From: Phoronis australis | Lineage: Eukaryota > Animalia > Phoronida | DNA: 64,000 nucleotides | Assembly: GCA_002633005.1 (NCBI GenBank) | Contig: NMRA01000612.1 | Location: 184,240-248,239 of the forward strand | Direction: 5' to 3' | Part shown: piece by piece, positions 23,101 through 34,942 of the stretch | How positions within the stretch are numbered: position 1 is the first letter of the stretch | Layout of the letters: every line of letters starts with the position of its first letter | Made by a program: the position numbers and the translations under genes | The notes under the pieces: generated by a model | Seen by the model: the letters and a program-made list of their open reading frames with translations, nothing else | The model's database searches: none | What the model was told of the DNA's origin: nothing

Positions 23101-26100
23101 TATAAAACTGAAACATTGAAAGTCTGTCTCATTAGATACAATTTGTAATGCCTTTTGAGTATTCGTGAGTGCAACTGTTTTGAGAAGACAGCAATGAATA
23201 AACCGTTGCGTTACCGGCTTCAGATGCAATAAAGATAATTGATCGGGACCGAGGCCGTGTGAGCGCATGCTAATTCAGTGTTTGCTGACAGAATCTGTTG
23301 GTTACAGTATGGTTTGTATTGTCGATACCTGGCACTATGAACCCTATTCTGTAGTACAGGACAAATATGTTTGATATTTTCTGTCATATCTATTGAAAGT
23401 GATGAACAAAGTTGGACATAAATTTCATGTAAATCCCTAAGATTGGTAGTCTTATTTCACTGCAGTTAGGACACCATGACTGATCATTGTGGTACATCTC
23501 GACAAATAAAAATATTTTCTTGACATTTACAGATTGGGAGCACTTGTCCTCAATAATCTTAAACGACATTTATAGTAAATGTGAGCACACAGTGATCTAG
23601 TAATTGTGCATGTCTACCCTGGCCCAGTCAAGCCACGAAGATTAAATTCTTGCAACAAATCATTTACAAGTTTGACTTTAGAACCAATGCAAGAATAGAT
23701 TACAACAAGGGCATAGAGCATTATCAACAACAGCTTCACCTCTCCTCGTGCAGATGTAACATTATACATTTCAGTGCGCTCTTTCCATTAAGAATACGCG
23801 ATTTGTTATCCCTAATATACTCAATCATAAGCGTCAACATAATTTTTGACTTGGTTATCAATAGCAGTCATGTAACTCACTCGCCTACACAAGGAATAAT
23901 ATCAGGTATGTTGCCGTCAAATCACCAGCTGCAAAAAGCTAACCAACTTCGACAGAGCTGAGATGTTAGGCTAACGTGTCAGTAGGTCTAATATTATTAT
24001 CCCATGAGGAATTTTACTCGGGCATGCAACACTCAACTATTATAATTACATAATCATTACACTTACTTCTAAACTCGATTCCATGACCCCCTCGAAACTT
24101 TTATTGATAAAAGACATATCAAAAGTTTGAAGAACAAAGTATCATTAACTTATAACTCAGCACCTCCATACACAGTATTTTGGTCCTTTTGCTTGTTTTT
24201 GGAACGATTGAGACCAAAACATATATAATTTTCACATACAACTAAATATTTCGTCTCCCTCGAGAGGCAGATTGTATCTGGGTTAAGCTGCTTTTTACAC
24301 CTCAAGAGTCACACAAAGCTTGGCAGTTCAATCGCTGGCATTCCAGTGTAAAGTGTTAGGTAGATCTCTGTAACTTAACTTGGTGGTATTTCGTAATGGT
24401 GAGAAAAACTCGTCGCCGGTTTCTCTTAGTCAACGAATCAACACTAATTGGTTCTCGATGACGAACCAAATATCTTAACCGGGTCAACCAGCTTGGTCGG
24501 AAGTTGTTATCAGATGGCTGCAGGATGAAGATATCAAATGCACTGTGTAACCTGACTGATAGAATGTCCTACGCCCGCCTTTGATTCTGCCGCTGCCTGT
24601 GGTATGAAACTCCAAACGGTTCTTAAACGAGTACATTCCTACGCGTTGAAATGTGCTTAATCTACGCGTACTTTTGCTTAATCAACTCAATTACACGCTT
24701 ACAGTGCGATTCAGATGCTTTTACTCGTCCCATCCTAACCACCATATGGTAAAAATATCCAGTCTCCCTGACATGGTGTTGCCTAGGCATAGTTAATCAT
24801 GATTAAGGGAGTTGACCGTTTGCAACCCTTGAGCATTTTTAAAATATGTAAAGTAAGGCCGCCACTACGCAAAATTCTATTTTTGCTTATAATTTCTTTA
24901 CCAAGCAATGCAGGCAGATAATTTTGACGTTTTACTCATGTTTTCATGGTCAACGAATATAATAGTGCACGTTTTTTGGTGAATATTATTGCCAATTTGC
25001 ATAATTTATGCAAATTAAGGCCGTCATTATGCAAAATTCTATTTTTGCTTATAATTTCTTTACCAAGCAATGCAGATAATTTTGACGTTTTACTCATGTT
25101 TCCATGGTCAACAAATTTAATATTGCAAGTTTTAGGTGAATACATTATCAATTTGCCTAATTTATGCAAATTAAGACCGCCATTATGCAAAATTCTATTT
25201 TTGCTTATAATTTCCTTACCAAGCACTGCAGGCAGGTTATTTTGATGCTTTCACCCATGTTTCCATGGTCAACGAATTTAATAGTAAAAAGTTTTGGGTG
25301 GATACATCGTCAATTTGCATAATTTATGCAAATTAAGACCGCCATTATTCAAAATTTTACTTGTTCTAATAGCTATGGTACCAATCATCACAGGTGAATT
25401 ATGATATTTGCACTAATGTTTCTATGGTCAATTAATTTAATGAAATCAGTTTGCATGTTGCTGCATGATAAATTTGCATAATTAATGCAAATTAAGGCCA
25501 GCATTATTCAAAATTATATTTTGCTTAAAACGCCCTTACCAAGCACTTCAGACAGGTTAAATTAATGTTTTCACCTATACTTCCATGGTCAGTGAATAAA
25601 AGACAGTCTCTGTAGTAGTAGAAAGTTGTCTGACAATTTTCACTGCCTGTCGCAGAAAAAGGCGTTAAGTCTGAAATATATGGAACGTAGTCTGCAGTGA
25701 GAATAGTGTACAAAAGTCGAGTTGAAGCTCCCGTGGCTTGGTCATGATTACTGGTTGGTACCGAGGGACTCAAATGAAAAGAAAATTCATTAGTTGACTG
25801 AAATTTGATTCCCTCGGAAATGAGCTCATGTACCGGGCATTCAAGATCGCTACAATACAGTAGGCTAGCCATGAGTCGGATTCTTTCCAGCGTTGCTGCC
25901 TACACCACTATGAAAATAAAACTGTCTTGCTTTTTTGAAATTTGTTTTTGAAATTTGTTTCTGGTTGATGTTGAACAAAGCGAAACTTTTCTAAGTGTCA
26001 TCTCGAAGATAAAGCTGGTATTTTTAGTTGTTGTCATTGTGAAGTTATCCTTGACTTCGTATTCGAAATTATTTTTGCCAAGCGGCGTTTTTCTCTGCTC

Positions 26101-29100
26101 GAGCATGTTTATGGTTCGCGCTGATCAATGTTTAGTCTAAGTTCGTACTTGGTGACCCATAGGTTGGGCTGCAAACCAGAATAAGAAGTCGAGATTTAGA
26201 GTAAAAGTCGAAATTTCAGATGCGAACCTGAAAACTTGTCACATAGCGTTAATGCGAATCCAGTGAAAGTCCGGATTTCTTGGATCCTCGTAGCCACATA
26301 TTCAGTTCATTGAAAAGTACTAGAAAGCGAACAATCAAAGATAATTTCGAGTTCCATGTTGATTACAAATATTATTCTCCGGTCCAAGTAAACTGTTTTC
26401 TACCTCGCTGTGTCGACTCGGCCAAATCTGCCTATCCGACTACTCGAGTTTATAAACGCCCGACTTTTTTAAGCCCTAGCCTATTACAGAGAATGTATTC
26501 AAGATTGAAGCAGCGAAGAGTGGCCAAGCTAGACCAAGTGACTCAAGTGTTGCCCAAATGTCAGGACGCACTCTCAGCCGACAATGCCAACAATTACAGC
26601 CTAAGTAGAGTACACAAATTCACAACTAACTAAACATTCTGCGAAGGGTTACAATAGGGTCTTACTTCTGTTCTTGATACTCCTCTGACCACATTCGAGG
26701 CTGTTTTGTGACCAATTCCAAATTTAAGCAGGTCATGTGACTTCAGTTTAAAAACATTTATCTCAATTTTTGGGTCGGTTCTTTTTGTGAATGCAGGTCA
26801 CAGAAAACATGCTTATGGGTGTTAGGACGAAAATGGTTGACTTTCTAATAGCGAATGCTGAAAAATAATATTTTCAGCAATGAAATTAATATTTTTATAA
26901 CTGCTATGCTAAACTTTATTTGCCAAAATGGGACTTTTGATTTAGCAAATGTTATAAAACTATTCTGAGCTTGGTCTTTACCGAGATTAGAAAGGATTAC
27001 TGGGCTCGGAAAGGTCACCGGGTCAAGTTAAGAAATGATTTCCAAGGGTAGCAACTGGAAGGCCAAGGTGAAGGTGGCACGACGGAATATGACGCCCTGT
27101 TCAATGCAAAACTGGCGCGGTCGCAACTCATTTCTTTTCTAGGCCTGTGCCTGCCGCCCTGATCCTGCAAATTGCCCCCAGGTTCCCACCCACTGTCACT
27201 GTTCACTGTCCGTGTAAACTGCCCTGGTGGTAAGAGCACACCACTGATCATGCAATCTTCATCCTGCACACTGCACACTTCGTAATATACTGCAACTTTA
27301 AAGGACATTTTTCATTATGGACAGAACAATAATAAACTATAGACAAACGGTGTTCTATGACTATGTTTTCTCTGCAGTCTATTTAAATGCGAGTTACGAC
27401 TCTTATGAAGCTGGTCAACACACGTGACTTTCCACGTAAAGAAGCCTATACAGTCAGGAACTTGAATGTATTTTCAGCTTGGCTCGAAGCCGACTGCGCA
27501 CCGGAGGTCGTAATGAGGCTCATACCACCTTCCTTAAGGAAAACAAACCTTTGATTTAGACGTCCCACCGTTTTGAAGTTTGTCTCAAATTGTCCATTAG
27601 TCAAATTATATTATAACGTGGTTACATTTTTAAGTCAATTTTTCATTTTTAACAAACTTAAAGTATATTCATGGCACAGACACCCCTTAGTCCATTTAAA
27701 CGAAACCTTTAAATGAGAACTTGCACAACTATCTCAGGATCAAAACTATGCTTTGTCTTCGTTTTCCGCGGCATCTTTCTATGCTATAGACATAAAATAA
27801 CAAGCTTGCAAACTGAAGGAAACGTCAATATACGGCTGGGTCAGGGACCATGCAGGAATTGACTGCAATGCAAATGCAAATCCACTCGCAAAGATAGGAG
27901 CAAGCGTTCTGCATTGTGTTCATGAACCTTCTATCCCTGTATCCTACGGATGCTGCCGGATGAGTATGGGCTCATGTGGTAATTGACGGCAATGAGAATG
28001 CAGACAGACTCGCAAAGATAGGACCAAGCGTTCTGCATTGTGTGCCTGAACCTGCTATCCAGCTTCCCGTTCAGTAACGCTAGGACCTCGCTAAAAAGCA
28101 AGACTTTGCGAAATTACGCGAGATATTGCCGTGTATTTTTCGAATGAGAACACCTGACTTTGACTAGATTTTAGCTAGGACCAAGCGTAGGTCCTAGCGT
28201 CAAGTGAACGCACGCCCGGTATCCTACAGATGCTGTCGGATGAGTGTGCGCAATTTTGTACATAACCAGTCAGCAACCCAGTGGGCATCGTTTAACTCCT
28301 GCAGAGAAACCAAAGAGAATTTTCCCAACGTGATAAAACCACAAGGTTCAAAAAAAAAAAACTTCAGGGATTTGATAGGTTGGGCATAAGACACGTCATT
28401 CAAATTTTCACGGGGCCCTAGCCCGACACATACACATCACTGAGCATATGGGGAGCCCAGTTCGTCCCGAGTGTGGTACTGACGTTGGAACTCCTAACAC
28501 CTGGTAGAGTCTTACCCAGCTTTGTGTAGGCTGTGGAGTAACCTACTGACCAATTGACATGATTGAAACTGAGAGAGGTAATGGGAGGTAAATTCAACCG
28601 TGGCCCCGCAAACTATTTTGCGTCGCCAAGATAATCCTGCGGGGGTTGTTATTTAAACTTTTCAAGAATACATTAATTCACCCAGTGTTAGTGGAGCCGG
28701 GTTGAAAATTGTATCGTCTCAACGTAGACAATTCCAATGCCTTCCACTACATTTGCAGCAGTATTTTGTGGGAAAATAAAAAAAAAATGTCAGCACTAAG
28801 ACGTTAAATTGTATTCATCGAGATGTCAAGTCAGAAGTGATTCGTAAAAATGGCTGATCAGAATAGTTTTACAGATTCAACTCCTTGATAGACACTGCCG
28901 AAACGTACTAAGTGGTGAGATTTTTTATTTATATTGCAGAGGGGAATATTTTCGTGGACAGTAAGCATTCTCACAACTTCCGTATGTCAGACGTCATTAC
29001 ATTGAACCCGAATGTCAAGCTTGGAGGAATGTTCCAACCACGTGGATGCATTGCACGCCATCGGGTGGCCATTATCATTCCATATAGGGACCGTCAAGAT

Positions 29101-32100
29101 CATTTAGTGCAGTTGCTAGCTCATCTTCACCCAATACTTCAAAGGCAACAACTAGATTACAGAATATTTGTATCAGAACAGGTAAGACTATAATAATGAA
29201 CATGACATGTTTGTCCTGTTAACACAGAAGGCAATTCTTGTTTTTGGTGACGAAATAAAATGCTAAGAAACTAAGTGAGGCATCATTAGTCATACACATG
29301 GGATAAAATTTAGACAGCACGCATTCATTATTTGCAATGAGGGATGTCAGTGTTTTTGTTTCGGAGCTGGTCATGGTTTCAAGAATTATTGATGAAGATG
29401 TGTATTAGATATAACCTTGGAGTTTCGTATTTTTTCAATGTTAGGCCTATCTAAAACACCACCCTAAGATCGGTTAAAACGATACAAACAAGACATTCTC
29501 TTTCACTCTTGACTTCAATGCTTTGTTTAGTCTGAATCCACCTTGCCAATACTTCACAACCTTGATCCCAAGAGTTCTTAAGTTCCCAAATCGGGCAAGT
29601 TTTGTCCATTAGCAGTTATTGTTCCAGGGTTCACTAATGCAATATCGCGTTCATTATTTGTAGTATGGATCGAGCAGTTTCAATAAAGGGATATTAATGA
29701 ACACAGCGTTCAAAGAAGCACTCTCTGTGAAGACATATGATTGTTTTATCTTCCACGACGTCGATCTAGTGCCAGAAAATGACAACAACATGTACACTTG
29801 TCCGCCGTTTCCAAGACACATGTCGGTGGCCATAGACAAGCATAATTACAAGTAAGAGCTCTCGTTACAATTTACTGTGATTTATGATTATGAAGAAGAT
29901 GGACGAATTTTCTGTTGCGTTCAGGTGAGAATTTGTTATCAGAGGGCAGGGGTGGTTGATCAGAAAGCAGGTCATCCGCTTGAAACTAACGTTCACAAAG
30001 GCGTCCTATCCACCGTATTACGAATAATTACGTTAATGTCGGTGGCGGATTTAGGGGGGGCATATGCCCCCCTAAAATTCTTCCATATTCCATTTGGCAC
30101 TTCTTTATGCGAATGTCTGGCCTGCTCTTCCCCCCTTCCCCAACTCAAAATCCTGGATCCGCCCCTGAATGTGCAAAATGGCAGTACTTTAGCATTATAG
30201 TTGTTGCCATTTATCACGACATTGGAATGTAGGCTTCCCATGGTAAGTAGGCAAACCTGTCGTCTGATGTGGGGTCGAACGTAAGAGAGAAGATCGGACG
30301 TTTGACGAGCGTTCACATATGATTTTTTTTCAGACAGCGAATTAGATGTACGCTTTGCGTTATGATCAGATAGCGTGTGAACGCTGTATGCTGCGTGACA
30401 TGCGGAATTTTGATGAGAAGGCAGATAGGAAATCTTACCTTAAGTAAGATCAGATGTTTAAAGCAAGCGTTCACAAGGTCATAACTGAAGATGTTGAACT
30501 TAGGCAGACTGGGCGTCTGATTTGATGACAGTTGTGGTGTCTTTCCAGTTATAAGCATAACATTAATATGTAAAATGTTAACATTCTGGCCTGAGCCAGC
30601 TAACCACAGAAATCACGTCTCACGTTAAGAAGGCTGACCTGCAGTCTAATTACGGGGCGTACAATAAGGAGGCCGGTAAGACTTCTGACGACCGTCCATA
30701 TGTAAAATGTTACGTATGAAGGCTCGTCAAGCGTCTCATTTGCCTTGTGAGAGGATGGTATGTGAACTTTGCATTGGCCTCAGTTATGTATTCCGAATAT
30801 AAAGGTGTAACCAAATAAGGTAAATGAGGAGGGATACAAAATGTGTTATATCAACTATTTCCACCAACAAACATAATTCATATCACGTTTGGGATGGTAC
30901 CGCAACCTAATTTATAGAATGAAATCTCCATTGGCAGTCAATTGACGTTTGATATTGTTTCTCACAAAGTTATATCTTCTAGGCTGATGTACAATGAACT
31001 GGTGGGTGGTGTTCTCAATATTCCACGCGAGGCTTTCTTCGCTGTCAATGGCTACTCTAATCTTTACTGGGGATGGGGAGCAGAGGATGATGACATGTTT
31101 TACCGGTCAGTATACCCAGGGACATGAGTGAGGGTTGCGTACTGTAGACGAGATAGCCTCGCGAAAAACCAAGATAGTGCAATACCTCGCACCACCACGT
31201 GAGTAAAAAGCGAGTATTTCACGAGTATGATGCTGCGGAACATTTACTATAGTGTACTCTAGCTCTCGCTGGTTCCCTGCGTGTCGCTATGTGACAGAGA
31301 ACACACGCGTGATCTCTTTACGCAGGGAACCAGCGAGACTCCAGCAAGTGGCGGCCACTGAAGTGATTGGTCGGTGAGGTTGAGTCTTTGAGATATTAAA
31401 TTGTAGAACAGAATTCACTGTTTCCGTTATATATGCGAAAATTTCTAGTGGTAATTAGTGCTTCGCTAATGTCTCGAATCTACAGAACGCAGCCCCGATA
31501 TTCGCCAGCGAAAGCTACGTAATGAGGTCACGTGATTCGAAAAGTTAATCTAAGCTCGCAGTGACGGAACGTTTATCAAGAGAGCCTAATATATCTCTAG
31601 CAAAAACTGTAGACATCTGCAAGACTGCTGAGTAAAAAAGAACCAGGTTTCAGCCTTGTAGAGTGACAATCCATGGTGCCACTGCAGCAGTTGTACACCG
31701 ACGAAGTGGACACACGCAAGGCATGGAAAAAGCACCCGCCAGGAAACAAACCCGCGACGGGGTCCCAGCAGCCGTGTACTAGTACTAGAAATTTGCGTCA
31801 TCATTTGGCAAATAATTAGAGACAATGGTGTTGTAGTTAATGGTGTGGACGATTTATTTAATACTGACCAAGGTGTTAAACGGAATACGCATCCACTTTC
31901 TGTGAACTTGACACATCACTGCTTACCAAATGATCTTACCGCCTTTGGTGGATTCAAAGTGAAGCCATTTGCCAAAAGTGCTTGTGGATGTGTCTGCACC
32001 AATATCCGATATCAAGATTCATGACGTACCATTTTTGTAACTGATAGTAATGACAGTTGAGTGAATTATCATGTGACACGTTACGGCTACTTCAGTGCGC

Positions 32101-34942
32101 TGTTCATGTAAATCAAATAACTCCTATATTTTCGGCGTTCGCTCAGGTATTTATCGACCATTTTGGTGTTTTCTCAGGGCTGGACAAATAGCACATAACT
32201 GCTGATCCACCCGTTTTCCAACGCTGCCGTAAAATACGCGTTGCTCACCTTTCTCTTCTTAAAGGTGCATTAGTGTTCCTTAAGGGTGATGGCGTTATTA
32301 CTGGCGTTATTGCTACTACATTTGTAAGGTAATGGTTTGCAGGTTCAGTACTTACCTTGAGGCTGGTGCACGTTGCTGATACACTGTCTCGTGTTGTCCG
32401 TGCTGCCTGTGGTGCACTTCCATACACCGAAATTATGGTTCATGCTTTTGTGCAATCAGCACCTGTCTCTAGCACAAAATTGTCATAATTCAAAACCGCC
32501 ACTGTGAATGATTATGACGTACAAAAATTTCATTCAGTACATGTTGCAAGGTTCGTCTGACATGCCGTCTACTGTGAGCCTTGAACTCAAGAGCTACTGG
32601 AATTTATAAGATTCCATGCATGAAGCTAATAGTTTACAGTTTTGCAATGTTCGCATCGTTGCTCCATTGTCTTTGCTACAATCAATGCTACAGCTGATTC
32701 ACGAGAGTCACTTTGGTAGGGGCAAGTACCAGTTTCTTTTTTCTTGTGAGGTCATGGATTGGTCCGACATGGCTCGGGATATAGAAGACGTGGTAACATG
32801 ACGTTTCACTTTTCAACACGATCAACAGGAAGAAACGCGGCGTCCCCACTCGTTGCCGAGACGACCTTGGCAGAAAGTCTGCGTAGACATTAGTACCTTA
32901 TGAGCAGCGTGATTACGTAGTTGTGGTTGATTCTTATTCGAAGTTTCCCGCGGTTTCACTTTTGTCCCGCAAAACTGCTCGTTCCGTCATTAACCAGTTG
33001 AAATCTATTTGCCTGCCTCGGAACCTTCGAGGAACTGTTCTCTGATAATGTGCCATTTGGTAGTGCTGGGTTGCAACGTTTTGTTCGTGACTGGAACATT
33101 AGTATCACCCTCTCCAGTCATACATTTCCTCAAAGCGCTGGACAAAGTGAGCATACCATACAAACGGTCAAGGTGCTTTTCCGGAAAGCCTTCTGTATTG
33201 CCTATAGCTGGTTTGAGCTATTCCCCTGTAAAGATTCTCATGGGTCGCATCCTTAGCAAGGAACATCCGATTGCGTCGCGCTTGCTGAACCTTAAATGAA
33301 ATCCCTTGATGTTAGCGACTTGGTACATCCTTCTGTCCGTGTTGTTGCTCTTACACCATTTGCTCGTTCCGTTACATGGTGTCATTTAATGGTGTTGAGT
33401 ATCGCCGCAACAGACGCCATTTGTTGCTATGTGACTGATTTAGTGTTACAAACGGTGAGAGTGTTTTTGATGACGATGATGTACAGATGACGGATCAAAA
33501 CGCTGGCACAAGTCCCAGAAGACAGACGAGCACCCCTGGACATTTCAAACGACTTTATTCTGTGTTAGACTTTTTTAGGTATTAGTGTTGTTTCAGATTG
33601 GGACATTCGTTCGAAATTTAAGTGATGTTACTGTTAGACACATCTATGCAAGCGTGGTGTATGTTAGGCCTGAGTTGGAGTTTTACTATCTCACCGCTTT
33701 AGTTACGGATACTCGTTACGTATTTTGTCTCAGTTCTGCAACGGACTCCGATAAATTCTTTTGTGGTTACAGAATGCGCAACACTGGAATGGGATTGCTG
33801 CGCCCTCCTGTGGCAGTAGGACGCTACAAAATGCTCAAGCACACTAAACGGAAAGCAAGTGATTGGAGTAAGAGGTAGGAAACTGAGAACCTGGCTAATA
33901 GAAACTTACATGTTGCTAATATAATTTCGTGGACACATTGTATAGAATTCTAATTATTTCCATCCTTACTAAAGTGAAACCGCGGGAAACTTCGAATAAG
34001 AATCAACCACAACTACGTGATCACGCTGCTCATAAGGTACTAATGTCTACGCAGACTTTCTGCCAAAAACATTTCTTTACATGAATTTCCTATGCACCAA
34101 ATATGTTTGGAACAATTTCAGTAAATCTTTATCGGCCTTTTTTCAGGCTTTTCTATTTTCGACACTTCAACCTGTTTTGAACTCCGATTTTTCTTTAGTT
34201 CGTGAGTCGATTCGCATTATAATTTTCACAGTCACTTATTCTATGGTCATAGGCCAAAGGAGCTGTGTCTCGGATTTTTCAGTGCGTTTCCTTCAAACAT
34301 CGGCGACATTATCTGTTAAACTGAAAACTCGACAAGGTTTAAACAAGGATTTTGATGGCTTATATCTCTGCTGGTTGGAAAGTAAATCAAAGATCTGTTC
34401 TTGCTCACTGGCTGTAAGAATATATACTTAAAACGCGAAGTTTCCCACTATTTTTCAGAAATTCATGTTCAAAGCAAAAATGCCAGTTTTCGCAAGAGTT
34501 GTTGTGACGCGATTACAAACAATTTTTGTACGTTTTAAGGCAAGAATTTTCAGTCATCGAGGATTTAGAAAATGCCTACTTTTTGAAATTGAAAATTGAC
34601 AGCAAAAAGTTAATGAACTTCACGAAGGTTGACAAATACGTGAAATAAACAGGAAATCGGCTGGAGAGAGACCACTTTCATCATCAGGTCACTATTTCTT
34701 ATGTCATATATTTTAGCGTCTTCTATGCCGACATGCTGCTTTTAATGAGACGTGTCTTCAATTAATAGGATCATACACATTTCTTTCATTGCAGAAAGAA
34801 ATTACTCTACACGGAAATAAAGAACAAGCTTTATGTAAACGACGGATTAAACAGTTTGAAATCTCAGGTTATGTTCGTTCATCCCCACCCTCTCTACACG
34901 CACATTATGGTGGACGTAGGACAGAAACCAACTGGGTTTTAA
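19671..34942 (+). CDS. bre-4: beta-1,4-N-acetylgalactosaminyltransferase / beta-1,4-galactosyltransferase (GT7, bre-4-like), 6 exons, 428 aa
   Basis: Exons 19671-20154, 28940-29181, 29664-29851, 30983-31105, 33773-33874, 34795-34942 join in frame; type II TM segment (LLMTLGFIALVIVSL) and motifs VAIIIPYRDR, FNKG, FHDVD, PRHMS, NGYSN, WGWGAEDDD, RYKMLKH, DGLNSL. Symbol is a family-level label, not proven orthology. Confidence 0.93.
20472..20835. mobile_element. fold-back / MITE with ~65-bp imperfect inverted arms
   Basis: CTGCTGTACGTGAACTTGGAATCCTGCTTAATCTCAAGA... is the reverse complement of ...TCTTGAGATTAAGCAAGATTTCAAGTTCATGCACAGCAG. Confidence 0.8.
20992..21329. mobile_element. MITE with CA..GGCG termini and 5-bp TSD
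   Basis: CATAGGCGGA...TACGCCACTG flanked by GACAT on both sides. Confidence 0.7.
22148..22298 (+). mobile_element. 151-bp MITE family A (3-bp CWG TSD, PIF/Harbinger-like), copy 1
   Basis: TIR CGTTCAGTAACGCTAGGACCT / AGGTCCTAGCGTCTACTGAACG; CAG on both flanks. Confidence 0.85.
22501..23050 (-). mobile_element. Kolobok-like relic with decayed P2X7-C-terminal-like accessory gene fragments
   Basis: TTAA-AGG terminus at 22501; minus-strand fragments GYQLEPEYSD...R and LPRSCIVRASRNDAPQNSG resemble recalled PYxFEP and IPSCxVxxIRxxFP motifs. Confidence 0.4.
24851..25596. repeat. ~160-bp satellite-like tandem repeat, about 4.5 copies
   Basis: Recurring AATTTGCATAATTTATGCAAATTAAG(G/A)CCGCCATTATGCAAAATTCTATTTTTGC at ~157-162 bp spacing. 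Confidence 0.9.
27800..28390 (+). mobile_element. non-LTR retrotransposon relic (RNase H C-terminus), locally duplicated
   Basis: WVRDHAGIDCNANANPLAKIG and AHVVIDGNENADRLAKIG match the RNase H motif WVxxHxGIxGNExADxLAK. Confidence 0.75.
28063..28215 (+). mobile_element. MITE family A, copy 2
   Basis: Same sequence as 22148-22298; inserted in the second RNase H repeat. Confidence 0.85.
28940..29181 (+). CDS. bre-4: GT7 exon 2
   Basis: GGMFQPRGCIARHRVAIIIPYRDRQDHL...LQRQQLDYRIFVSEQ. Confidence 0.95.
29664..29851 (+). CDS. bre-4: GT7 exon 3 (DxD motif)
   Basis: FNKGILMNTAFKEA...DCFIFHDVDLVPEND...PRHMSVAIDKHNY. Confidence 0.95.
30040..30167. mobile_element. 128-bp MITE with 5-bp TSD
   Basis: CGGTGGCGGATTTAGG...CCTGGATCCGCCCCTG flanked by AATGT on both sides. 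Confidence 0.8.
30983..31105 (+). CDS. bre-4: GT7 exon 4
   Basis: LMYNELVGGV...NGYSNLYWGWGAEDDDMFYR. Confidence 0.95.
31264..31340. mobile_element. short hairpin MITE, copy 2
   Basis: TCTCGCTGGTTCCCTGCGT...ACGCAGGGAACCAGCGAGA, perfect 19-bp inverted repeat. Confidence 0.8.
31600..33520 (+). mobile_element. decayed Gypsy/Ty3 LTR-retrotransposon pol (integrase) fragments; limits approximate
   Basis: Frameshifted integrase motifs LQLIHESHFG, PHSLPRRPWQKVCVD, YVVVVDSYSKFP, SDNVPF, PQSAGQSEHTIQTVK. Confidence 0.8.
33773..33874 (+). CDS. bre-4: GT7 exon 5 (102 nt, phase 2-2)
   Basis: MRNTGMGLLRPPVAVGRYKMLKHTKRKASDWSK. Confidence 0.92.
33971..34066 (-). repeat. inverted copy of 32867-32962 (95/96 identical)
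   Basis: Manual alignment to the reverse complement shows one mismatch. Confidence 0.95.
34795..34942 (+). CDS. bre-4: GT7 exon 6 (last)
   Basis: KKLLYTEIKNKLYVNDGLNSLKSQVMFVHPHPLYTHIMVDVGQKPTGF*. Confidence 0.92.
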
